Below, in pieces: positions 57,397 through 64,000 of a stretch of 64,000 bases of DNA; the stretch's first letter is position 1; each line of letters begins with the position of its first letter. Location of the stretch: NCBI GenBank assembly GCA_009392295.1, contig VFGW01000012.1, positions 77,718 to 141,717 of the forward strand. The letters run 5' to 3'. This stretch comes from SAR202 cluster bacterium. GTDB taxonomy: Bacteria; Chloroflexota; Dehalococcoidia; Lucifugimonadales; GCA-2719675. The notes beneath the pieces were generated by a model. That model had not been told where the DNA came from. It did no database searches and saw only the letters and a list, made by a program, of their open reading frames with translations. Position numbers and translations under genes: made by a program.

Positions 57397-58449
57397 TTAA
57401 TGATTTTTTGGAAATACCAATAAAGGATCCGGGTTTACAGGTACCAAGTTAACTTTAGTATTTATAGCCAAATTCGTATCTAATGATTCAATAGATTTAA
57501 TATATGTCGAACTTCTAAAAGATTTTACAGTAACAATATAATGTGAACCCTTAAATTCTATAGAAGATACAAAAAAGTTTCCGTTAGGATCATACACTGC
57601 TCTAAAATCACCAAATCTAATCATAACGATTACTTCAGATACAGGATTCATTTTCCCAGTTGAATCAAAATAAGGAAATGAACCTAACGAACAATCCACA
57701 AGCCCATTATTAAGATTCCCTGATATAAATTCAGCATTTGAAACTAATTTTGCTACTTTATAATTTTTAGGATAAAAATAAATTTCATTAGGTTTTGCGT
57801 ATTGATTGATTTTACCGTCCACCATTACAGCTAAACTGTCAGCAACAGAAAAAGCTTCTTCTTTGTCATGTGTAACCAAAATTGTAGCTATTTGGCTATC
57901 TCTTATAATTGATTGAAGATCATTTAACATATCTACTCTATTAACTGAATCTAGATTGCTAAATGGCTCGTCTAGTAAAATTAATGTAGGGTTTGGGGCT
58001 AAACTCCTAGCTAATGCAATCCTTTGCTGTTGACCACCAGATAATTCATGTGGATACCTATTCTCGTACCCTGGTAATCGCACCAATTCTAAAACTTCTT
58101 TTACTCTATTTTTTTTCTCAACTGAATCATAAGAACGTAATCCAAAAATTATATTAGATTCAACATTCATATGTGGGAACAAGGAATATTCCTGAAATAC
58201 CATTCCCAAATTCCTGTTTTCAGGTAAAACGTGTATTTGATCGGATGAAACGGTTTGTCCCTTGATATTAATCTCGCCATTATCAATCGTTTCAAATCCA
58301 GCAATAGCTCGTAACAAAGTAGTCTTACCACAACCACTTTCTCCAACTACAGCTAAAATATCACCAGGATTAACATCTATTGAAACATCACACAAAGCTT
58401 CAATATTACCAAATGCTTTAAATACAGATGAACATTTTAATAAACTCAT
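57397..58449 (-). CDS. ABC transporter ATP-binding protein, Fe(III)/polyamine-import (FbpC/PotA-like) type
   Basis: 350 aa. It has Walker A GESGCGKTT, signature LSGGQQQR, Walker B LLDEP and a C-terminal regulatory/TOBE-like extension. Confidence 0.85.
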   Translation of the reverse strand: MSLLKCSSVFKAFGNIEALCDVSIDVNPGDILAVVGESGCGKTTLLRAIAGFETIDNGEINIKGQTVSSDQIHVLPENRNLGMVFQEYSLFPHMNVESNIIFGLRSYDSVEKKNRVKEVLELVRLPGYENRYPHELSGGQQQRIALARSLAPNPTLILLDEPFSNLDSVNRVDMLNDLQSIIRDSQIATILVTHDKEEAFSVADSLAVMVDGKINQYAKPNEIYFYPKNYKVAKLVSNAEFISGNLNNGLVDCSLGSFPYFDSTGKMNPVSEVIVMIRFGDFRAVYDPNGNFFVSSIEFKGSHYIVTVKSFRSSTYIKSIESLDTNLAINTKVNLVPVNPDPLLVFPKNH

Positions 58450-58452
58450 TTG

Positions 58453-60066
58453 TTAATCACCAATTCTCTTATCCCAAATTATAATCACTAACATAGGTAA
58501 TGAGCAAATTAATATTATTATTAAAGCCGGCACAGCTGCGCTTACAAAAAACGCTTCAGAAGAAAAAGACCACACTTCTGTGGCTAAAGTTTTAAAACCC
58601 AAAGGTCCTAAAATCAACGTTACAGGTAATTCCTTCATAACAAGTAAAAATACCATTGCAAATCCCATTATTAAACCAGGTTTCATCAATGGAACATTGA
58701 TTCTAAATAAAACACTAAAATAATTATGTGACATTCCATGAGCTGCGTCTTCTAGCCTAGGATTAATTTGTAATAAAACAGAACGAATAGCACCTAAAGC
58801 AACTGGGAAAAATAAAATTACATACGCTAAAATCAGTACTGCTGTAGTTTGATACAAAATGCCTATATAATTTGCAGCAAAATAAACTACAGAAATTGCA
58901 ACTACAACGCCTGGCAAAACAAAACCCAAATAACTTATAGATTCAAAAAATCTATTCCCAGTTAAAGAATACCTAACAAGAATAATAGATGTAGCGAAAC
59001 TAAAAAATACAATTAATAATGCTGATAAAACCGAAACAAAAATTGAATTGAAAATTGGAGACCAAGAAAAAACAATTGAATCACCAAAGTACATACCTTT
59101 AAATAACCAAACAAACAGCATCGATATTGGCAAAATCAAAGAAAATCCTATGACCACAAATAAAAATAGATAGACAGGAAACTTCCAAAAACCTAAAGAA
59201 ATTGGTTTTGGTTTACGTGAAATCCCACTCCCAATCCGGTAGTATTTTTGAAATCCACGAGTTTTGAATTCTATTAAGACTATTAAAAATGCTAATAAAA
59301 CAAATATTATTGAAAACAAAGCACTCATAGAACGATCTACTAAAGAATTGTATTGTTGGTAAATTGTCCAGCTAAAAGTATTGTAATTAAATATTGAGAC
59401 AGCCCCAAAATCACTCAATGTATACAATGAAATTAATAATGCACCTGACACAAAAGGAAATCTCAATTGAGGTAAAGTTACTTTGATGAAGGTCCAAAAG
59501 CTGTTATGTCCTAGGATTCTAGAAGATTCTTCCATTGAAATGTCTAATCCTGAAATAGCCCCTCGCAAAGTAATAAATAAATAGGGATAACTAAGTAAAG
59601 ACAAAACAATTGTTGCACCAAATAATCCTCTGATATCAGGTAATCTTTGAACTTCAAATAATACTTCCAATCCCTTTTGAAATAATCCAGTGGGACCAAA
59701 AACTGATAAAAACAAATATGCACCAACATAACTGGGTATAACTAGAGGTAACATTACTAAAATAATCCAAATTTTTCTAAAAGGAAGATATGTTCTAGCT
59801 GTAATCCAGGCTAAAGGAATAGCAATCATGGAAGATAGAGTCGTCACACAAATCATTAAAACCAATGATCGAGTTAGCGTCTGAAAAGCCCTATTACTTA
59901 CCAAGACTAACAAATCGTCTAAAGACAGTTGGGTTATTCGCAATAATAAGTAAAGTAAAGGAATTACCATAATTAAAGCTACAAACAGAGTAATAAAAAC
60001 AAATAAAATAGGTGGCATACGATAGGAATTTTTATTGGCTGAAAATAAATTCACTAAATCTGCCAC
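58453..60066 (-). CDS. Fe(III) ABC transporter permease (FbpB-like, duplicated permease domains)
   Basis: 537 aa, polytopic, with two tandem BPD-transporter-like halves (EAA-like regions SSRILGHN and DAAHGMSHN). Confidence 0.8.
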   Translation of the reverse strand: MADLVNLFSANKNSYRMPPILFVFITLFVALIMVIPLLYLLLRITQLSLDDLLVLVSNRAFQTLTRSLVLMICVTTLSSMIAIPLAWITARTYLPFRKIWIILVMLPLVIPSYVGAYLFLSVFGPTGLFQKGLEVLFEVQRLPDIRGLFGATIVLSLLSYPYLFITLRGAISGLDISMEESSRILGHNSFWTFIKVTLPQLRFPFVSGALLISLYTLSDFGAVSIFNYNTFSWTIYQQYNSLVDRSMSALFSIIFVLLAFLIVLIEFKTRGFQKYYRIGSGISRKPKPISLGFWKFPVYLFLFVVIGFSLILPISMLFVWLFKGMYFGDSIVFSWSPIFNSIFVSVLSALLIVFFSFATSIILVRYSLTGNRFFESISYLGFVLPGVVVAISVVYFAANYIGILYQTTAVLILAYVILFFPVALGAIRSVLLQINPRLEDAAHGMSHNYFSVLFRINVPLMKPGLIMGFAMVFLLVMKELPVTLILGPLGFKTLATEVWSFSSEAFFVSAAVPALIIILICSLPMLVIIIWDKRIGD

Positions 60067-60143
60067 CTATTAATAAATAATGGAATGTTATTTAGTACCC
60101 AGAAAACTAGGATTTATAGTACTAAAATAACAGTTGAAAAACA

Positions 60144-61259
60144 TCAGTTAATTAATCCAAGGTCACGTAATAATACTTGAGTTCCTTTCAAATCTTCTAA
60201 ATCTGCCATATCAATTTCGACTTTAGTAACTTCATCAATAGGCACTAGAATTCTACTGACCTTGACTCCTTCAACTACAGGATATTCATAAGTTTGTCCA
60301 GCAAAGTATTGTTGAGCAACCTTAGACAACATAAAACTCAAGAATCTCTCTGCATTATCTTGATTTTTACCGGTTTTGAGAATACCTGCTCCGGCAACCA
60401 AAACTAAACTTCCTGGACCGCCTCCTTCTAAGTAATGATTTCGAGCACCAAACTCATCACCTTCAGAAGCTAAAAATCTATACAAATAATAATGATTCAC
60501 GAATCCTACATCAATCTCTCCGGCTCCTGCAGCTGCTACAGTAGGAGTATTCTTAGGATAAACAATTGGTTCATTCGCTTGAATTCCCTTTAACCATTCA
60601 CGTGTTTTTTCCTCACCCCACTTTACTCTCATAGCAGTAACCATAGCCTGGAAAGATCCATTTGTTGGAGGCCAACCAATTCGACCTTTCCATTTTGGAT
60701 CTGTAAATCCTTCTAAAGTATCAGGTAAATCAGCAGGATCAACATTTTCAGTGTTATATACAACTGCTCTAGCTCTACCTGATATGCCTACCCACAAAGA
60801 TTCTCCTGAAACAGCCCAACTTGGCACTTTATCAAGAATAGAATCTGGTAAAATTTTTAACATATCAGCATTGGCAATAGCTCCTAAACCACCAGGATCT
60901 TGAGCAAAGAAAACGTCAGCAGGTGATTTATCACCCTCTTCTAAAATCGTAGCAGCGATTTCACCAGTCTTTCCATATTTCACTTTAACATCAATCCCAG
61001 TCGCATCTTTGAACTGTTCAATAATTGGGCCCACTAAAGACTCTTTACGTCCCGAATAAATAACTAATACTCCAGAATCTTTAGATTCTACAGAAGTAGT
61101 CGTGGATTCTTTATTTTCAGTTGAAACAGGTGTCTTTTGTGTTGGCCTACCTGAACAAGCAATTAAAAGAAAAAGAGAAAGAGAAACCAGAAACAAAACC
61201 GGATAAGATTTATACATTAACAATTTTAATACACCTCTGCTAAATTTTTTAATAAGCAT
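60144..61259 (-). CDS. Fe(III)-type ABC transporter substrate-binding lipoprotein (FbpA/AfuA-like)
   Basis: 371 aa. It has a signal peptide with lipobox LLIACSG and a periplasmic-binding fold (VIYSGR...FFAQDPG). The start may be the internal MYKS codon. Confidence 0.75.
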   Translation of the reverse strand: MLIKKFSRGVLKLLMYKSYPVLFLVSLSLFLLIACSGRPTQKTPVSTENKESTTTSVESKDSGVLVIYSGRKESLVGPIIEQFKDATGIDVKVKYGKTGEIAATILEEGDKSPADVFFAQDPGGLGAIANADMLKILPDSILDKVPSWAVSGESLWVGISGRARAVVYNTENVDPADLPDTLEGFTDPKWKGRIGWPPTNGSFQAMVTAMRVKWGEEKTREWLKGIQANEPIVYPKNTPTVAAAGAGEIDVGFVNHYYLYRFLASEGDEFGARNHYLEGGGPGSLVLVAGAGILKTGKNQDNAERFLSFMLSKVAQQYFAGQTYEYPVVEGVKVSRILVPIDEVTKVEIDMADLEDLKGTQVLLRDLGLIN

Positions 61260-61390
61260 ATACTAAGTATTTTTATTAGTCAATAGTTCAAAATAATATT
61301 TCTATATACTTTTATTACAACAATATCCTTTATTGAATTTCATTTTTGTATTAAAATCTCATCTATAAACAAGTTAGAAAGGAACCTGAA

Positions 61391-62371
61391 ATGCCATTAT
61401 TTGATATGCATATAGATCAATTGAGAAAATACACAGGAACCAACCCTATACCAGAAGATTTTGATGCCTATTGGGATGATAGTTTAAATTCATTACTAAA
61501 AATCGACACAAAAGTTGAAATCAAAAAATCAACTTTTGAAACCTCTTTTGCAAATTGCTCAGATTTATATTTCACAGGAACCGAAAATGCTAGAATACAT
61601 GCAAAACTACTCCAACCAAAAGATATAAACAAGCCTAACCCAGCAGTAATAATTTTTCATGGATATCAAGGAAGTTCAGGAGATTGGTCTGACGATAATA
61701 AGTTAGCATTTGTTGCACAAGGATTTACTGTAGCAGCATTAGATTGCAGAGGCCAAGGAGGTACTTCTCAAGATTTAGGAAATACTATAGGAAATACTTT
61801 AAGAGGACATATAATAAGAGGTTTGAGCGAAAATGATCCTAAAAAATTATTATTCAGACAAATATTTTTAGATACCGCCTTACTAACAAAAATCATTATG
61901 GATCTTCCAAATGTAGATAAAAATCGAATAGGAGTTACAGGAAGAAGTCAAGGTGGTGGTTTAAGTATTGCTTGTAGCTCGTTAATCCCTGAAATTAAAA
62001 TGATTGCTCCAGTTTTACCATTTCTATCAGACTACAAAAGAGTTTGGGAACTTGACCAAGCTGTAAATAACTCAAATGCATATTTTGAATTGCATGATTA
62101 TTTCAGAAAATTTGATCCACTTCATGATTCAGAAAAAAAAATTTTCGAAAAACTTGGTTACATAGACATCCACCATTTAGCCCCTCGAATAAAAGGTGAA
62201 GTTTTAATGGCAATTAGCCTTTTAGATACTGTTTGTCCGCCTTCAACTCAATTTGCTGCATATAATAAAATTACTTCTAAAAAAGAAGTGGTAGTTTATC
62301 CAGATTACGCACACGAAGGAAACCTGCCTGGACATTCTGATAGAATTTTTCAATTTTTAAGTAACCTATAA
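61391..62371 (+). CDS. Acetyl xylan esterase / cephalosporin-C deacetylase (CE7, AXE1) family
   Basis: 326 aa. It has the N-terminal DMHIDQLRKYTGTNPIPEDFDAYW, nucleophile GRSQGG and a C-terminal His context YPDYAHE. Confidence 0.82.
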   Translation: MPLFDMHIDQLRKYTGTNPIPEDFDAYWDDSLNSLLKIDTKVEIKKSTFETSFANCSDLYFTGTENARIHAKLLQPKDINKPNPAVIIFHGYQGSSGDWSDDNKLAFVAQGFTVAALDCRGQGGTSQDLGNTIGNTLRGHIIRGLSENDPKKLLFRQIFLDTALLTKIIMDLPNVDKNRIGVTGRSQGGGLSIACSSLIPEIKMIAPVLPFLSDYKRVWELDQAVNNSNAYFELHDYFRKFDPLHDSEKKIFEKLGYIDIHHLAPRIKGEVLMAISLLDTVCPPSTQFAAYNKITSKKEVVVYPDYAHEGNLPGHSDRIFQFLSNL

Positions 62372-62378
62372 AAAATAA

Positions 62379-63449
62379 TTACCTTGATATCCCAACTAAA
62401 ATTCTAACCCACCGAATTCTTTTGAAAATTTCATATAGTAAGAAACTACCTCCGATGGTAGCCGTAACTAATATTAAATATTTTATTAATGCAGGTATTC
62501 CAATAGGAAAAATCAATATTGAAAAAGAATACTGTGCAATCATGTGAAAAATATATACAGGATATACTGCACTACTCAAATAAGATAAAGCTTTCGAAGG
62601 TCTATTAAAATATGTGGCAGCAAAACCAAATATTGTTAACATCCAAGTTGAGCATTCAATTGCAAGAAATAAATTTGAATAGTCCTCTTTAAATTCGCTT
62701 TCCAAAAGCACAAGGATTCGTATTAGATAAAAAGAAATCGATAACACCAAGCTTAAAAACTTTGCTTTCTGGACACTAATCCAAAAATCTTTACCTAAAG
62801 ATACAAAAATAAATCCACTCAAAAAACATAGCAAACCTAAAATAAATCCATGCCCTGGTTCCAATATATAACCTTCAAAAGTTTTAGGCTGTAACAATAG
62901 AACTTCAATAACTATTGGAAGTGAAAAAACTGGAATAATCACAAAAGGTTTTGATATTAAATATCTAATTGATTTGAATATGAAATTACCAGGAAATTTT
63001 TTAAAATATATAAAAACAGGAAGTAAAAATAAAATGTAAATGAAAATATTAAACAAAAACCATAAATGACCAAAAGTTGGTGTATATTCATATATTTTTT
63101 CGTTATATACATAGAATAAATATTCATGTATTGGAGCTATAAAAAACACTCCAAACCAAAAAGGCAGAAAAATTCTATACGCTCTATCTCCTATCAATTG
63201 CCAAGCTGTCCTACGTCGCATCGCAAAATAAACACCCATTCCCGAAACAACAAATAAGATAGGTATTCTCCAAATATTTATTGCCATCATAATCAACCAA
63301 ATAGATTCTAAAAAGTCTTTGTTGACAATAAAATATACATCCTTACCCCAAGGCTGAAATCCAATAACTGAATGATAAACAATCAATAAAAATATTGCTA
63401 AAACTCTTACTGAGTCAACATCATATCTCCGTATAAAATTTTCACTCAT
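62379..63449 (-). CDS. Acyltransferase-3 family integral membrane protein
   Basis: 356 aa with about 10 TM segments. The N-terminal YDVDSVRVLAIFLLIVYHS is typical of the family. Confidence 0.72.
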   Translation of the reverse strand: MSENFIRRYDVDSVRVLAIFLLIVYHSVIGFQPWGKDVYFIVNKDFLESIWLIMMAINIWRIPILFVVSGMGVYFAMRRRTAWQLIGDRAYRIFLPFWFGVFFIAPIHEYLFYVYNEKIYEYTPTFGHLWFLFNIFIYILFLLPVFIYFKKFPGNFIFKSIRYLISKPFVIIPVFSLPIVIEVLLLQPKTFEGYILEPGHGFILGLLCFLSGFIFVSLGKDFWISVQKAKFLSLVLSISFYLIRILVLLESEFKEDYSNLFLAIECSTWMLTIFGFAATYFNRPSKALSYLSSAVYPVYIFHMIAQYSFSILIFPIGIPALIKYLILVTATIGGSFLLYEIFKRIRWVRILVGISR

Positions 63450-63486
63450 TTACATTTTCCAATTTACAATTAATAAAATAGAATAA

Positions 63487-63515
63487 TTGACTATAGCAAT
63501 TAACTATTTTATCAT
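63487..63515 (+). promoter_or_regulatory. Sigma70-type promoter TTGACT-17 nt-TATCAT driving the leader upstream of the peroxiredoxin gene
   Basis: The -35 is at 63487-63492 and the -10 at 63510-63515, with a 17-nt spacer. Confidence 0.5.
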
Positions 63516-63521
63516 TTAGAA

Positions 63522-63650
63522 ATGTTGATTAGATATAAAGACGATTTGTTTCATTTGTGTAGTTGCCCTATTTAGGGCTTCTAATAACGTTTATAATTCA
63601 TAATCAACCAATTAAAGTTGCCCGTTCAGAAAATTGAACGGGTTTTTTTT
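63522..63650 (+). ncRNA. Candidate structured leader / small RNA (about 130 nt) ending in an intrinsic terminator
   Basis: A long-range 8-bp helix pairs GTTGATTA (63524-63531) with TAATCAAC (63601-63608). An internal hairpin spans 63560-63583 (TAGTTGCCCT/AGGGCTTCTA stem, ATTT loop). The terminator hairpin is at 63621-63642. I recognise no Rfam family. Confidence 0.45.
63621..63650 (+). terminator. Rho-independent terminator: CCCGTTCA-GAAAAT-TGAACGGG followed by T8
   Basis: It has a perfect 8-bp stem, 6-nt loop and 8 consecutive T. This is the clearest intrinsic terminator I saw in the window. It lies 24 nt upstream of the peroxiredoxin ATG. Confidence 0.8.
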
Positions 63651-63674
63651 ATTTAAATAATCAAGGAGAAAAAA

Positions 63675-64000
63675 ATGAGTATCAAATTAGGAGATATAGC
63701 TCCAAATTTTACAGCAAAAACTACTGAAGGCGAAATTAATTTTCATTCTTGGATTGGAGATAGTTGGGCATTGTTAATGTCTCATCCAGCTGATTATACT
63801 CCAGTTTGTACTACCGAACTTGGCAAAGTAGCAAATTTGAAAAAAGAATTCGACAAAAGAAACGTGAAAGCAATTGCATTAAGTGTAGACCCTCTTGAAT
63901 CTCATAAAGGATGGATTCAAGATATTAACTCCACACAAAATGCTGATGTGAATTTCCCATTAATTGCTGACCAAGATAACAAAATAGCTGATTTGTATGA
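63675..64000 (+). CDS. 1-Cys peroxiredoxin (Prx6-like), C-terminus beyond the window
   Basis: ATG at 63675 with AAGGAG at 63663-63668. The translation is MSIKLGDIAPNFTAKTTEGEINFHSWIGDSWALLMSHPADYTPVCTTELG..., with the peroxidatic Cys in PVCTTE. Confidence 0.88.
   Translation, partial: MSIKLGDIAPNFTAKTTEGEINFHSWIGDSWALLMSHPADYTPVCTTELGKVANLKKEFDKRNVKAIALSVDPLESHKGWIQDINSTQNADVNFPLIADQDNKIADLY

Noticed and set aside
1-64000. A window-wide look for CRISPR arrays, transposases or IS ends, integrases, reverse transcriptases (retron, DGR, group II intron), toxin-antitoxin pairs and known defence genes.
   Set aside because: I recognised none. The only repeats found are the dnaX 96-bp tandem duplication and the 26-nt dnaK-proximal repeat. 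Gene content is overwhelmingly core housekeeping.

Overview
This is an AT-rich (roughly one-third GC by eye), tightly packed bacterial chromosomal segment using the standard code; both TAA and TGA act as stops. I can support about 58 protein genes, one tRNA (CAT anticodon) and one long Bacillus-type SRP RNA that the ORF track cannot show. The content is mostly housekeeping:
- aspS, and an rny-ymdB-PHP-plsY string
- purF-purM-purH
- hspR-grpE-dnaK, hflKC, ybeY
- dnaX-ybaB-recR-recO
- rsmA, ileS
- a complete pstSCAB-phoU phosphate operon
- an Fe(III)-type ABC importer followed by a DtxR-family repressor
- uppP, plus scattered hydrolases and enolase-superfamily enzymes

A sortase, the long SRP RNA, RNase Y/YmdB and a 1481-aa protein with a YYY motif fit a monoderm-like lineage, possibly marine Chloroflexota. 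That cannot be proven from this window. I found no CRISPR array, transposase, integrase, reverse transcriptase, toxin-antitoxin pair or recognisable defence island, so I cannot point to a clear novel multi-gene system.

The most unusual observations, all modest, are:
1. A sortase whose in-frame membrane anchor lies upstream of every ATG/GTG/TTG, suggesting an AUU start.
2. A promoter, structured leader and strong intrinsic terminator directly in front of a 1-Cys peroxiredoxin.
3. A giant polytopic membrane protein of unknown function with a YYY motif.
4. A perfect 2 x 96-bp tandem duplication in the dnaX linker, carrying A-AAA-AAT heptamers.
5. A 26-nt identical in-frame repeat shared by the dnaK 3' end and the unknown gene that sits where dnaJ usually is.
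6. A DUF1800-NHL gene pair trailing the iron-uptake/DtxR string.

All functional calls rest on motif recognition by eye. No database search was run.
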